64,000 nt of DNA from an uncultured bacterium (GCA_965660855.1 CBFIBM010000001.1:32001-96000); one strand, 5' to 3'; counted from the first letter of the stretch, positions 17,824 through 29,271 are shown. Program-made: numbers and translations. The notes: a model not told the origin generated them from the sequence alone.

Positions 17824-18893
17824 CGGTTGATTTTATCTATAATAGTTTAGTTGCATTTTTTCCAGATTGGGCAAATAAAGATCCTTTTTTAATGATATCA
17901 ATGCTATTGCCTTTAGTAGCAACATTTGGTTTTATCACAATTTATGCATTAGTAGTAATCTATGCAGAATTAAAAGTTTCATCTTTTATTCAAGATAAAG
18001 TAGGCCCTATGGGGCAAGGAGTTGGTCTTCACGCTGGAAAATGGGGACTTCTCCAACCAATTGCTGATGCTTTAAAGTTACTTTCTAAAGAAGATATTAT
18101 ACCAAGTAGTGCGAATAAAGTCCTTTTTATCCTTGCTCCATTTATGATTTTCATAGGAGCTTTTATAAGTTTTGTTGCTCTTCCTTTCAATGAATCTATT
18201 ATTGTTTCTGACCTTAATATTGGAATTTTTTATATATTGGGTGTTGGAAGTTTGGCAGTTATAGCGCTGATATTAGCAGGTTGGTCTTCAAATAATAAAT
18301 GGTCTTTATATGGTGGGATGAGGTCTGCGGCACAAATAATAAGCTATGAGATACCCGCTGGCATAAGTCTTATAGTTGTCATAATGCTTGCTGGCAGTCT
18401 AAATATGCAAGAAATTATTCTTTATCAGGAAGGTGGTATAGGTAATTGGATTATTTTTGATAACCCATTTATGCCAATAGCTTTTGTTGTTTATTTTATA
18501 AGTGCACTGGCTGAAACCAATAGAACTCCATTTGATTTACCTGAGTCTGAGTCAGAGCTTGTTGCGGGATTTGTTACAGAATATTCAGGTATGCGTTATG
18601 CTTTTTTCTTTCTGAGTGAATATGCTAACATGTTTGTTGTGAGTGTTGTTGCGGTAACAGGATTTCTTGGCGGATGGCAAAGCCCTTTTGCCAATTATCT
18701 AAATTCTCCTGTAATGGGTTTGTTTTGGATGCTGAGTAAAACTGCTTTTCTTATTTTTATTATGATATGGATCCGATGGACGGTACCTAGGTTAAGGGTA
18801 GATCAGCTGATGCATCTGTGTTGGAAAGTTTTTCTACCAATTGGATTATTTAATATTTTTGCAGTAGCCATTTGGACAGTTTTAATTGGGTAA
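17820..18893 (+). CDS. nuoH: NADH-quinone oxidoreductase subunit H
   Basis: GLLQPIADALKLLSKE, AQIISYE, AETNRTPFDLPESESELVAG, PRLRVDQL. Confidence 0.97.
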   Translation: MTVDFIYNSLVAFFPDWANKDPFLMISMLLPLVATFGFITIYALVVIYAELKVSSFIQDKVGPMGQGVGLHAGKWGLLQPIADALKLLSKEDIIPSSANKVLFILAPFMIFIGAFISFVALPFNESIIVSDLNIGIFYILGVGSLAVIALILAGWSSNNKWSLYGGMRSAAQIISYEIPAGISLIVVIMLAGSLNMQEIILYQEGGIGNWIIFDNPFMPIAFVVYFISALAETNRTPFDLPESESELVAGFVTEYSGMRYAFFFLSEYANMFVVSVVAVTGFLGGWQSPFANYLNSPVMGLFWMLSKTAFLIFIMIWIRWTVPRLRVDQLMHLCWKVFLPIGLFNIFAVAIWTVLIG

Positions 18894-18898
18894 ATAAT

Positions 18899-19480
18899 AT
18901 GATTAAATACTTTACAGGAATTTGGACAAGCGTATCAACTATTGTTGGTGGGATGGGTATTACATTCGTTCACCTAATACGAGCTAGAAAAGATAATGTC
19001 ACTCTGCAGTACCCAGAAGAGCGTTGGCCAAGACCAGAACGAAATATTGGTTTCGACCATGATAGTTATAATGTAATAAGGTCAAGATTACATGTGGATA
19101 TGGATGACTGTATTGGTTGTTTGAAATGTGAAAGAGCATGTCCCGTTGATTGTATCAAGATAGTTACTGAGAAAGCACCAGAAAGAGGAACTGATATTAA
19201 AGAAGTTAGTCATGTTGGAGTTACGTCTAATGGAACTAGAAAAGCTATGGTAGTGACTAGATTTGACATAGATATGTCAGAATGTTGTTATTGTAATTTA
19301 TGTACATATCCATGCCCTGAAGAATGTATTTTTATGACTGGTGGGCCAAACAGTAGCAAGCATCCAATCGATTATGAGTTTTCAGAGCCAGATAGGGATA
19401 ACTTGATATACAAGTTTGCAAAATCAGGCACAAAAGAAGGACTTGAAAAGCTTAGAAATGAAAAAGTTGCTGAGTCTTAG
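18899..19480 (+). CDS. nuoI: NADH-quinone oxidoreductase subunit I (2x[4Fe-4S]); probable start MIKYF
   Basis: VTLQYPEE, CIGCLKCERACP and CCYCNLCTYPCP. Confidence 0.94.
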   Translation: MIKYFTGIWTSVSTIVGGMGITFVHLIRARKDNVTLQYPEERWPRPERNIGFDHDSYNVIRSRLHVDMDDCIGCLKCERACPVDCIKIVTEKAPERGTDIKEVSHVGVTSNGTRKAMVVTRFDIDMSECCYCNLCTYPCPEECIFMTGGPNSSKHPIDYEFSEPDRDNLIYKFAKSGTKEGLEKLRNEKVAES

Positions 19481-19490
19481 AGGTTGATGC

Positions 19491-19979
19491 ATGGCTGATA
19501 TAGTTTTCTGGTTTATTGCTGCATTTACAATAATTTCGGCCCTGTTCGTAGTATTGAATAATCAATTGTTGTACTCTGCAGTTGCATTATTATTTACTCT
19601 TTTTGGAGTGGCTTCTCTTTATGTTTTTCTCTGGGCTGACTTTATCGCTGGAGTTCAACTACTTGTGTATATAGGTGGTATTTTAGTGCTGATAATATTT
19701 GGTATAATGTTAACAAATAGAATTTCATCTGTTAGGCTATCTCAAACTAATGTTCAACAAGGTATTGGAGGAGTTGTTTCGTTTTGGCTTTTGATTTTTT
19801 TGACATTAGTTATTACAAAAACTCCGTGGTTACAAAAGGAAGCGGTTGAACCAGTGACAACTGTTAATGATATTGGTGTTTTACTATTAACGAAGTATTT
19901 ATTACCCTTTGAGGCTGTATCTTTATTGCTTTTAGGAGCTCTCATTGGAGCAGCAATTCTTTCCAGAGAAGCCACATAA
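19491..19979 (+). CDS. nuoJ: NADH-quinone oxidoreductase subunit J
   Basis: QLLVYIGGILVL, YLLPFE motifs. Confidence 0.95.
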   Translation: MADIVFWFIAAFTIISALFVVLNNQLLYSAVALLFTLFGVASLYVFLWADFIAGVQLLVYIGGILVLIIFGIMLTNRISSVRLSQTNVQQGIGGVVSFWLLIFLTLVITKTPWLQKEAVEPVTTVNDIGVLLLTKYLLPFEAVSLLLLGALIGAAILSREAT

Positions 19980-20284
19980 TGGATCATTTAAATAATTATT
20001 TATTTATCTCTTCGGTTTTATTTTCACTCGGTGTTTTTGGTGTTATGACAAGAAGAAATGGCATCGCTGTTCTAATGGGAGTAGAGTTAATACTTAACGC
20101 TGCAAATATTAATTTTGTAGCATTCTCACGATTTGGAGGTATGAATTTAGATGGACATATATTTAGTCTTTTTGTCATAGTCCTCGCGGCTGCAGAAGCG
20201 GCGGTTGCCCTTGCAATCGTCATCAATATTTACAATAATCTAAATACTATCAATATTGATGATGCATCAGAATTGAGGAATTAA
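19979..20284 (+). CDS. nuoK: NADH-quinone oxidoreductase subunit K
   Basis: LMGVELILNAANIN, AAAEAAVALA. Confidence 0.97.
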   Translation: MDHLNNYLFISSVLFSLGVFGVMTRRNGIAVLMGVELILNAANINFVAFSRFGGMNLDGHIFSLFVIVLAAAEAAVALAIVINIYNNLNTINIDDASELRN

Positions 20285-22332
20285 TGGATAATATGTTAAT
20301 TAAATACTCAATTCTCATTCTTTTTCTTCCTCTATTGGCTTTTATAATTCAAATATTTTTTGGTAAAAAGCTTCCGCGTCAGGGAGATTGGGTATCAATC
20401 TTTGCAATTGTGACTACTCTGGTTCTTGCATTGATTATGTTTGTTAATATGATTATTGAATATAATCCTAATTTTAAGAATGAAGCTTCTTTCACATGGT
20501 TAGATATGGGCTCGTTTAAAATAGAGTTGGGGTTTTTAGTAGACAACATAACTATAATAATGCTTTTAGTTGTAGCCTTAATTTCAACATGTACTCATAT
20601 ATTTTCTACTCAATATTTAAAAGGGGATATTCGATATTCAAGATATTTTGCTTATCTAGGTCTTTTTACATTTTCGATGAATGGTATTGTTCTTGCTAAT
20701 AATTTGATGTCGATGTATATGTTTTGGGAACTTGTTGGGGTGAGCTCTTATCTCTTAATTGGACATTGGTTTGAGAAAGATTCAGCAGCAAATGCAAATA
20801 AAAAAGCTTTTTTAACCAACAGGGTAGGTGATATTGGTTTCTTCATAGGAATTATGTTGATTTACACGGCTATTGGTTCGTTTGCTTTTTCTGATATTTT
20901 TTCCGGTGTTTCTGCAGGTTTAATAAAAGGATCTACCTTGACTATAGCAGGAATTGGTTTGTTTCTAGGTGCAATGGGTAAATCATCTCAATTCCCATTA
21001 CATATATGGTTACCAGATGCTATGGAGGGTCCAACCCCAGTTTCTGCTCTGATGCATGCAGCTACTATGGTTGCAGCTGGTGTTTATCTATCTGTTAGAA
21101 TATTCCCAATTCTAACACCCGATGCACTTCTTGTTGTTGCCTATGTTGGCGGAATTACTGCAATTTTTGCTGCAACTATTGCTATTACACAAAATGATAT
21201 TAAAAAGGTTCTTGCGTATTCTACGGTTAGTCAATTGGGTTATATGGTTTTAGCAGTTGGAACAGGAGTGTATACTGCTGCATTTTTTCATTTGCTAACG
21301 CATGCAATGTTCAAAGCCAATTTATTTTACGGTTCAGGTTCTGTGATTCACGCGATGCATCATGCTCTTCATGAGAAACATGACCATGAGACAGACCCAC
21401 AAGACATGCGTAATATGGGTGGCTTTAGAAAGAGAATGCCAATTACACATTTGTCAATGATGATTAGTACTTTGGCAATCGCGGGTGTACCATTTTTTTC
21501 TGGCTTTTTATCTAAAGATGCAATTTTAGCTGGAACCTTATCATTTGCGCAGCATCATCCAAAGCATATACTCTTACCTATTTTTGGTTTTTCAGCGGCA
21601 GCAATCACAGCTTTTTACATGTTTAGAATGATGTTTCTCACTTTTTACGGAAATACTAAAACTCCTGATATTATCAATGATATCCATGAATCACCAAAAG
21701 AAATGACTGGGCCATTGGTTCTTCTTGGTACTCTCAGCCTCTTTCTCTGGTATACACTTCCAAATTTTAATCCATTTTCAACCGATGGCTGGTTTACTAA
21801 ATTAGTAGAACCCATCAGTGCTGTTGTTCCAGGAAACCTTACTGCCAAGGAGATAGCAGATGGTGCTCATCATGCTCACTATCTGGCAATGTATATCTCT
21901 ATAGCTGTTGCCTTTTTGGGTATTCTTTTTGCATATTTAATGTACATAAAGAAAGCCTTTATCCCAGAAAATTGGGCAAAGAAATCGGGCTTTCTTTACG
22001 ACTGGAGCTTGAATAAGTATTATTTTGATGAGAATTATAACAAATTCCTTTATCAACCAACTTTACAACTCGCTAAAAAAGTATCATGGATTGACTGGGA
22101 TTTATATGATAAATACTTCATAAATGGCTTTGGTCATTTAACTAATATTGCAAGTAAAATTACGGGAAAATTTGATTTCAATGGTATTGATCAAATTATT
22201 GTAGATGGTAATGGTAAGATTGTTAATTTACTTGGAAAAATTTTTAGAAAAATACAAACAGGTCGTTTACAAAATTATATTTTGTATGTAACAGCAGGAG
22301 TGATCATACTAATGATCATTCAATCATTTTAA
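20284..22332 (+). CDS. nuoL: NADH-quinone oxidoreductase subunit L
   Basis: FWELVG, NRVGD, GKSSQFPLHIWLPDAMEGPTPVSALMHAATMV, DIKKVLAYST. Confidence 0.97.
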   Translation: MDNMLIKYSILILFLPLLAFIIQIFFGKKLPRQGDWVSIFAIVTTLVLALIMFVNMIIEYNPNFKNEASFTWLDMGSFKIELGFLVDNITIIMLLVVALISTCTHIFSTQYLKGDIRYSRYFAYLGLFTFSMNGIVLANNLMSMYMFWELVGVSSYLLIGHWFEKDSAANANKKAFLTNRVGDIGFFIGIMLIYTAIGSFAFSDIFSGVSAGLIKGSTLTIAGIGLFLGAMGKSSQFPLHIWLPDAMEGPTPVSALMHAATMVAAGVYLSVRIFPILTPDALLVVAYVGGITAIFAATIAITQNDIKKVLAYSTVSQLGYMVLAVGTGVYTAAFFHLLTHAMFKANLFYGSGSVIHAMHHALHEKHDHETDPQDMRNMGGFRKRMPITHLSMMISTLAIAGVPFFSGFLSKDAILAGTLSFAQHHPKHILLPIFGFSAAAITAFYMFRMMFLTFYGNTKTPDIINDIHESPKEMTGPLVLLGTLSLFLWYTLPNFNPFSTDGWFTKLVEPISAVVPGNLTAKEIADGAHHAHYLAMYISIAVAFLGILFAYLMYIKKAFIPENWAKKSGFLYDWSLNKYYFDENYNKFLYQPTLQLAKKVSWIDWDLYDKYFINGFGHLTNIASKITGKFDFNGIDQIIVDGNGKIVNLLGKIFRKIQTGRLQNYILYVTAGVIILMIIQSF

Positions 22333-22359
22333 AATAAAAAAGAACGAGTAGGGGAGAGG

Positions 22360-23904
22360 ATGGAAAATATTCTCAGTTTATTAATCTGGTTGCCTATTGT
22401 TGGTATGGGCGTAATTGCATTCGTTCCACGAGATAAAAATGATTTAATTAGAATCATAGCAGCTATAACAACAGGTTTACAATTCATTCTAACAATTGTA
22501 TTGTGGAGTGATTTTGACAAATCTACAGGTACAATGCAATTTATTGAGAGGTTAGAGTGGATACCTTCTCTGAACATAGCATATATATTAGGTGTCGATG
22601 GGCTTAGCCTGCCAATGGTTATTCTAACCGGTTTGTTATTTTTTATAGGGGTCTTTGTTAGTTGGAGTATTGAGAAAGCTGTAAAAGGATATTATGCTCT
22701 GTTTTTATTGTTGAATGCAGGCGTAATGGGTGTTTTTCTAAGTTTAGATTTCTTTTTATTTTATGTTTTTTGGGAAGTTATGTTACTACCAATGTATTTT
22801 TTAATTGGAATGTGGGGAGGTCCTCAGAGAGAATACGCAGCAATTAAATTTTTTCTCTACACGTTATTTGGTTCTGTTTTGATGCTTGTTGGCATACTAG
22901 GTTTATATTTTACATGTGGTAAAACTTTTGATATATTAGAACTCCAAAGAGTTGCTCCTACTGCATTAAATGGTGTTCTCTGGTGGGGAGTTAGTGCGAT
23001 AAAAATTATTTGGGTATTACTCTTTATTGGATTTGCAATCAAGGTTCCTGTATTCCCATTTCACACATGGTTACCTCTCGCTCATGTTGAAGCACCTACG
23101 GCTATTTCTGTATTGCTTGCAGGTATATTATTAAAGCTAGGGGTCTATGGTATTTTAAGAGTCAACTATGGTCTAATGCCGGATGGTGTCTATTGGTTCT
23201 CTGGTGCACTTGCATTTCTAGGGCTCATAAATGTTATTTGGGGAGGATTATGTGCTCTTGCACAAACTGATTTGAAGAAGCTTGTAGCATATTCAAGTGT
23301 TAATCACATGGGTTATTCTTTAATAGGTATGGCAGCTGTGATAGCAGCTGGTGAATCAAATGGCTATAATTTAAAAGCTGCTCAAGCTGGTTTAGGTGGC
23401 GCTGTATTCCAAATGTTTAACCATGGAACAATATCAGCAATGCTATTTATTTTGGTTGGAGTTATTTATGATAGAGCACACCATAGAGAGATTGAGGGCT
23501 TTGGTGGATTGGCAAGCCAAATGCCTGTTTATACTGCAATAACTGCCTTAGCATTTTTCGCAGGTTTAGGTTTACCTGGTTTATCGGGATTTATTAGTGA
23601 GGCTATGTGCTTTATTGGTGCCTTCCCCGTATTTAAGGGTATTGTTATTGCATCTACAATTGGTATTTTGCTAAATGCAGCCTACTTCCTTTGGGCTTTT
23701 CAAAGAGTGTTTTTTGGAAAATTAAATGAAAAGTATGTTGATATATCAGAAATTAATAAAAGAGAGCTATTTACGGTCGTTCCTTTGCTAGTTATCACTC
23801 TTTTCTTTGGAATATATCCTGCTCCCTATTTGGATATTATTTCGAAAACAATGGATGTAATTATAAATCACGTTGTAACATTATCAACTCTAGCCAGCAT
23901 GTAG
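22360..23904 (+). CDS. nuoM: NADH-quinone oxidoreductase subunit M
   Basis: FWEVMLLPM, AIKVPVFPFHTWLPLAHVEAPT, DLKKLVAYSS; strong SD GGGGAGAGG. Confidence 0.97.
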   Translation: MENILSLLIWLPIVGMGVIAFVPRDKNDLIRIIAAITTGLQFILTIVLWSDFDKSTGTMQFIERLEWIPSLNIAYILGVDGLSLPMVILTGLLFFIGVFVSWSIEKAVKGYYALFLLLNAGVMGVFLSLDFFLFYVFWEVMLLPMYFLIGMWGGPQREYAAIKFFLYTLFGSVLMLVGILGLYFTCGKTFDILELQRVAPTALNGVLWWGVSAIKIIWVLLFIGFAIKVPVFPFHTWLPLAHVEAPTAISVLLAGILLKLGVYGILRVNYGLMPDGVYWFSGALAFLGLINVIWGGLCALAQTDLKKLVAYSSVNHMGYSLIGMAAVIAAGESNGYNLKAAQAGLGGAVFQMFNHGTISAMLFILVGVIYDRAHHREIEGFGGLASQMPVYTAITALAFFAGLGLPGLSGFISEAMCFIGAFPVFKGIVIASTIGILLNAAYFLWAFQRVFFGKLNEKYVDISEINKRELFTVVPLLVITLFFGIYPAPYLDIISKTMDVIINHVVTLSTLASM

Positions 23905-23916
23905 GTTATATAAATA

Positions 23917-25407
23917 ATGAATAATCTACAAAGCCTTCAGTTTTATTATCCTGAAATACTATTAACTTTTGTTATTTTAGCTAGTATTTTATACGACTTA
24001 TTTCTTGACAAATTAAAGTCTTACAAGGTTGGGTTCGTATTAATTGCGGGTCTTATCGTTGTAGCTATCTCTATATTTTTACAGGATGATTCTGTTACTT
24101 CTCTTTTTACTGATTCTGTTGCAAAAGACCCCTATTCTCAATTTTTTAAAATTCTAATAATCGCAACTACTATACTTGTGTCAATTGTTAGTTTGAAAAA
24201 CAAAGAATTAGAAATATATCGCAAAGGAGAATACTTTACCTTACTTGGTATAATTACATTTGGTTTATTTTTGATGGTCTCTGCAATTGATCTTATAATG
24301 CTTTATTTGTCAATTGAAATTGTATCAATTATATCTTTTGTTCTAGCGGGCTACTTAAAGCAAAATACCCGTTCTAATGAAGCTGCTCTAAAGTACGTAG
24401 TATATGGTGGATTTTCTTCAGGTGTTATGTTATTTGGACTAAGTTATATCTTCGGATTAACGGGTAGTACAAATTATTTTCAAATTCAAAAAGCTCTCGC
24501 TTCTTTACCTGCGGAGGCAAATACAGCTGTTATAATTTCAATAATTTTAGTCCTTGCTGGATTTGGTTATAAAATTTCTGCTGTACCATTTCATTTCTGG
24601 ACACCAGATGTATATGAAGGTTCGCCTACAACAATTACTGCTTTTCTTTCAGTTGCACCTAAAGCTGGAGCATTTGCTATGATGATTAGGTTTTTTAACC
24701 AAGTTTTTGCTAATGGTGGTGCGATGAACGGATTAGAGGAAATCTCATTAGCATACTTTCCTTGGGCAGAAATTTTAAGCGTACTTGCTATTATTACTAT
24801 GACTATTGGTAACATTGTAGCTATCCAACAAAACAGTATCAAAAGAATGCTAGCATATTCAAGTGTTGCCCACGCAGGGTACATGCTTCTCGCAATGCCT
24901 GTCATGTCGGGAGACAGTACATATGCAATTATGATTTATTTAGTCATGTATTTATTTATGAATTTAGGTGCCTTTTTTACGGTAGTTTTAGTAAAAAATA
25001 AAACTGGAGGAGAGACTTTCAAGGATTTTGAAGGTCTCGGTTGGGAAATGCCATTAGTGGGCGCATTAATGACGCTATTTATGGTGTCGCTTACGGGGCT
25101 ACCACCAACAGCAGGATTCGTTGGTAAATTTTATATTTTTGCTTCTTTGATTCAAGGGGGTGAAGCTTTTTATTATTTGGTTTTTATTGGTGGAATAAAT
25201 AGTGTCATTTCCCTATACTATTATCTAAGAGTTGTCAAAGTCATGTACTTTTCAGGAAGGAAAATAGAAGTATTAAAATCACCTGGTGTAGTTATGAGTA
25301 TCATGCTTTTAGTTACTGGAATTCCCTCATTAATTTTAGGTATATACTGGGTTCCCCTTGCTGAATGGGTTCAAAACTCATTAGTATTTTTTATTCAAAC
25401 TATTTAA
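23917..25407 (+). CDS. nuoN: NADH-quinone oxidoreductase subunit N
   Basis: EAALKY, KISAVPFHFWTPDVYEGSPT, KRMLAYSSVAHAGY, GLPPTAGF. Confidence 0.97.
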   Translation: MNNLQSLQFYYPEILLTFVILASILYDLFLDKLKSYKVGFVLIAGLIVVAISIFLQDDSVTSLFTDSVAKDPYSQFFKILIIATTILVSIVSLKNKELEIYRKGEYFTLLGIITFGLFLMVSAIDLIMLYLSIEIVSIISFVLAGYLKQNTRSNEAALKYVVYGGFSSGVMLFGLSYIFGLTGSTNYFQIQKALASLPAEANTAVIISIILVLAGFGYKISAVPFHFWTPDVYEGSPTTITAFLSVAPKAGAFAMMIRFFNQVFANGGAMNGLEEISLAYFPWAEILSVLAIITMTIGNIVAIQQNSIKRMLAYSSVAHAGYMLLAMPVMSGDSTYAIMIYLVMYLFMNLGAFFTVVLVKNKTGGETFKDFEGLGWEMPLVGALMTLFMVSLTGLPPTAGFVGKFYIFASLIQGGEAFYYLVFIGGINSVISLYYYLRVVKVMYFSGRKIEVLKSPGVVMSIMLLVTGIPSLILGIYWVPLAEWVQNSLVFFIQTI

Positions 25408-25419
25408 AGAAAAATTAAA

Positions 25420-26754
25420 TTGGAAAAAATCGAAATAACAAAAGGACATGATATCAGGATTTCAGGTATTCCGAATTTAGAATCGTATTCTCATATTATG
25501 CCAAAAAAAATTAGTATTTCACCAAAATCATTTAGAAATATTAAGCCGAAATTATTAGTTGCTGAAGGTGAAGTTGTGAAAATAGGTTCCCCTTTATTTT
25601 ATGATAAAACTAAAACAAAAGTGAGATTTGCATCTCCAGCAGCAGGTAAAATAGCTAATATAAAGTTTGGACCCAGAAGAGTTATAGAAAATATTGAGAT
25701 TGAAATAGACGGTTCAGAAGCTCTAAAAAATGATTTTTTACAAGGCAAAAAACTTTCTTCCCTTAAAAGAGATGAAGCACTTCAGTTTATTTTAAAGTCA
25801 AATTTATTTCATTTTTTTAGGGAAAGACCTTTCAATCAAATTCCAAATCCAGATAAAATACCAAGAGATATATTTATTTCTGGCTATAATACTGCTCCAT
25901 TATCTGTTGATTTAGTAAGATTGATTAGAGATAATCATAAAGTTTTTCAAAAAGGTTTGTCCCTTGTATCAAAATTAACTGGCGGTAAGACATTCTTCTC
26001 CAGCAAAGAAAAATTTAATTTCAAGGATGTTGAGAACATACTAATCAATGGACCTCACCCTGCAGGTAATATTGGTATCCAAGTGCATCATATCAAACCT
26101 CTTAAGCCTAATGAATTCATATGGACGATAAATGCACAGCATGTATTGACACTGGGTAAATTGTTTGAAAAGGGTATTTATGATCCTGAAATTATTGTTA
26201 GTATTGGAGGTTCTGGGGCGATTGCTCCATATACAGCAAAAACAATATCTGGCGTACCAATATCAAGCTTAATAGAAAATCAAAATTTAAATAAAAAAAA
26301 TATCAGAATAGTTTCAGGAGATGTTTTAACGGGTAAAAATGTTTCAGAGGAAGGCTATATTGATTTTTATGATTCTACATTATCATTAATTAATGATAAT
26401 GTAGATAGGCCTTTTTTAGGAATGCTTTCAATTGGTAGTAGTTCAACAAAATATAGTCTCACAAGGGTATTTTTCAATATGAAAGAGGTCTTGTTTAACT
26501 TTACAACAGCTCAAAATGGTGAATTGAGGCCAATTGTACCATTAAATACGTGGGAAAAAGTATTACCTATGGATATTTTCCCTAATGAGCTATATAGAGC
26601 TATCCTTGCTAAAGATATAGATGAGATGGAAAAACTTGGTATTTGGGAATGTGACGATGAAGATTTTGCATTGTGTTCATTTTCTTGTCCAAGCAAAATA
26701 GATGTTGGCGAAGTAATTCGAGACGGCTTGGACTTAATATATTTAGAGGGTTAA
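25420..26754 (+). CDS. nqrA: Na+-translocating NADH:quinone reductase subunit A (TTG start)
   Basis: KGHDI, KPKLLV.EG..VKIG.PLF.DK, GPHPAG, SGDVLTG, EDFALCSFSCPSK. Confidence 0.95.
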   Translation: MEKIEITKGHDIRISGIPNLESYSHIMPKKISISPKSFRNIKPKLLVAEGEVVKIGSPLFYDKTKTKVRFASPAAGKIANIKFGPRRVIENIEIEIDGSEALKNDFLQGKKLSSLKRDEALQFILKSNLFHFFRERPFNQIPNPDKIPRDIFISGYNTAPLSVDLVRLIRDNHKVFQKGLSLVSKLTGGKTFFSSKEKFNFKDVENILINGPHPAGNIGIQVHHIKPLKPNEFIWTINAQHVLTLGKLFEKGIYDPEIIVSIGGSGAIAPYTAKTISGVPISSLIENQNLNKKNIRIVSGDVLTGKNVSEEGYIDFYDSTLSLINDNVDRPFLGMLSIGSSSTKYSLTRVFFNMKEVLFNFTTAQNGELRPIVPLNTWEKVLPMDIFPNELYRAILAKDIDEMEKLGIWECDDEDFALCSFSCPSKIDVGEVIRDGLDLIYLEG

Positions 26755-26760
26755 TGATTT

Positions 26761-27945
26761 ATGCAGTGGCTTAGAAATATTTTTGACAATTTAGCTCCAA
26801 TGTTTGAAAAAAATGGGAAATTAGAAAGATTTCATCCCTTATTTGAAGCTACAGATACAATATTATTTAGTACTGATGAAAGAACGGAAAGCGGTCCACA
26901 TATAAGAGATAATATTGATATTAAAAGAGTTATGATTCTTGTCGTTTTATCTTTGGTACCTTGTTATGTTTTTGGAGCAATCAATATCGGGTATCAAGAA
27001 TCTCTAACTTTTGGGTTTGATGCAAATTGGCAAAGAAATTTAATTTCGGGCCTGTATAAAATAGTTCCGATTTTAGCGGTAACATTTGCAACTGGTGCAT
27101 TCTGGGAAATTTTATTCGCAATAGTGAGGAAGCATTCTATCTCCGAAGGCTTTCTTGTGACTTGTGCCTTAATACCTTTAACTCTTCCCGCAACGATTCC
27201 TCTTTGGCAGGTAGCAGTTGGAACCAGCTTTGGAATTGTCATTGGCAAAGAGATATTTGGTGGTGTTGGCATGAATATCTTCAACCCTGCGCTAACAACT
27301 AGAGCCTTTTTATATTTCACATATCCCGCGCAAATATCGGGAGACAAGGTATGGGCAATTGCTCCAGATGGTTATTCAGGGGCTACTGCTCTTAATATTC
27401 CTGCTGGGCAAATAGATTCAGATGCTGTTGCATTATTAAATGAAGCATCAGTAAATACCGTATTTGATTTTTCATGGTTTAATATGTTCATGGGATGGAT
27501 ACCTGGTTCAATTGGTGAAACAAATAAAATTTTAATTATTTTAGCTGCAATATTTTTAATATACACAGGTATTACTTCATGGCGTATAATGCTTGGTTCT
27601 GTTATTGGGTTAGTTCTTACCGCATTACTTACAAATTTATTTGCACCATATTCCTCAAATGCAATGCTTACAATACCTCCTCATTATCATTTGGTCATGG
27701 GAAGTTTCTTATTTGGAACTGTTTTTATGGCAACAGAACCTGTAACCAGTGCACATACAGAAATTGGTAAATGGTATTATGGCTTTTTCATTGGAATGTT
27801 AACGGTCATAATTCGTAGTATTAACCCTGCTTATCCAGAAGGAATTATGTTGGCAATATTATTAATGAATGCATTTGCACCATTAATAGATTACTTTGTA
27901 ATCAAACAAAATATAAAAAAGAGAATGTTAAGATATGCGCAGTAA
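26761..27945 (+). CDS. nqrB: Na+-NQR subunit B
   Basis: HIRD..D.KR.M, KEIFGG.G.N.FNPAL, DGYSGAT (covalent FMN site), FMATEP, YPEG. Confidence 0.97.
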   Translation: MQWLRNIFDNLAPMFEKNGKLERFHPLFEATDTILFSTDERTESGPHIRDNIDIKRVMILVVLSLVPCYVFGAINIGYQESLTFGFDANWQRNLISGLYKIVPILAVTFATGAFWEILFAIVRKHSISEGFLVTCALIPLTLPATIPLWQVAVGTSFGIVIGKEIFGGVGMNIFNPALTTRAFLYFTYPAQISGDKVWAIAPDGYSGATALNIPAGQIDSDAVALLNEASVNTVFDFSWFNMFMGWIPGSIGETNKILIILAAIFLIYTGITSWRIMLGSVIGLVLTALLTNLFAPYSSNAMLTIPPHYHLVMGSFLFGTVFMATEPVTSAHTEIGKWYYGFFIGMLTVIIRSINPAYPEGIMLAILLMNAFAPLIDYFVIKQNIKKRMLRYAQ

Positions 27946-28645
27946 TACATATACATTAGTTTTTACATCGGTCATAACAATATTTTTTGGTTTTCTACTA
28001 TCCGTTGCTGCAACAAGTCTTAAGCCCAGACAAGATATAAATATTGAAATTGATATGAAAAAAAATATTTTAGGTGCTCTAGGGTTAAAGCCTAAATTAT
28101 CTTCAAAGTGGACTATTGAAGAAGTGCAAAATGTTTATAAAAAAAATATTATCGGTATAGTATTAGACAAAAATGGGTCAAAAACTGACAAGAATCCAAA
28201 AGATATAGATACAGATAAAAATGAAGATTTTTTTCCTATTTATATTCATAAAACAAGTGATGAGATAAATGGATATGTGATTCCAATATCAGGTAAAGGT
28301 CTCTGGTCGACATTATACGGATATTTTGCGATTGAGCCTGATTGTGAAACCGCAAAAGGAATTACATTTTATAAACATGGAGAAACTCCTGGTCTAGGTG
28401 GAGAGGTTGAAAAAGATTGGTTCCAAAATAATTTCAAAGGTAAAAAGTTCATAGATGAGAACAATATGTTAGTAGGAATTGAGGTTGTTAAAGGCACTGT
28501 GGATGAATCATCGGATGATGCTTATAGGCAGGTTGATGGTATTTCAGGTGCAACAATAACTAGTAAAGGTCTGGAGGTTTTTTTAAGAGAAGATTTAAGA
28601 AAATATCAGCCATATTTTAAAATACAAAAAGAATTTGCTGGATAA
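27935..28645 (+). CDS. nqrC: Na+-NQR subunit C
   Basis: [28 protein letters not shown] (FMN-Thr). Confidence 0.97.
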   Translation: MRSNTYTLVFTSVITIFFGFLLSVAATSLKPRQDINIEIDMKKNILGALGLKPKLSSKWTIEEVQNVYKKNIIGIVLDKNGSKTDKNPKDIDTDKNEDFFPIYIHKTSDEINGYVIPISGKGLWSTLYGYFAIEPDCETAKGITFYKHGETPGLGGEVEKDWFQNNFKGKKFIDENNMLVGIEVVKGTVDESSDDAYRQVDGISGATITSKGLEVFLREDLRKYQPYFKIQKEFAG

Positions 28646-29271
28646 TGGCTATCTTAAATAAAAAATCTAAGCTTGCATTTACAGATCCTCTAATGGCGAG
28701 TAACCCTATTAGTCTGCAGGTGTTAGGAATTTGTTCTGCACTAGCTGTGACTGTTCAAGTTCAAACTGCTGTAGTGATGACTTTAGCAGTAATTGCTGTC
28801 CTCGCAGCATCGAATACAACAATTTCATTGCTAAGAAATAAGATTCCTGGAAAAGTTCGAATTATCATTCAACTTTCAGTTATAGCAACACTCGTCATTG
28901 TTATTGATCAAATATTAAAAGCATATATGTATGATATGAGTAGACAATTATCAGTTTTTATTGCACTTATAATCACAAACTGCATTGTGATGGGAAGAGC
29001 CGAAGCATTTGCTATGCAAAATAATGTAAAGGATTCTTTTCTAGATGGAGTTGGAAACGGTCTTGGTTATGGAGGAATATTAATTGCAGTTGCAGTTTTT
29101 AGAGAATTTTTAGGCAATGGATCTATTTATGGGATTCAAGTCATTCCAAACGGACTTTATTCAAATGGATATGAAAACATGGGATTAATGGTCTTGGCTC
29201 CGGGTGCATTTGTGATATTAGGATTAATTGTATGGTTACATAGAATTATGGCTGGAATTGAGGAGGAATAA
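28645..29271 (+). CDS. nqrD: Na+-NQR subunit D
   Basis: [27 protein letters not shown]. Confidence 0.97.
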   Translation: MAILNKKSKLAFTDPLMASNPISLQVLGICSALAVTVQVQTAVVMTLAVIAVLAASNTTISLLRNKIPGKVRIIIQLSVIATLVIVIDQILKAYMYDMSRQLSVFIALIITNCIVMGRAEAFAMQNNVKDSFLDGVGNGLGYGGILIAVAVFREFLGNGSIYGIQVIPNGLYSNGYENMGLMVLAPGAFVILGLIVWLHRIMAGIEEE

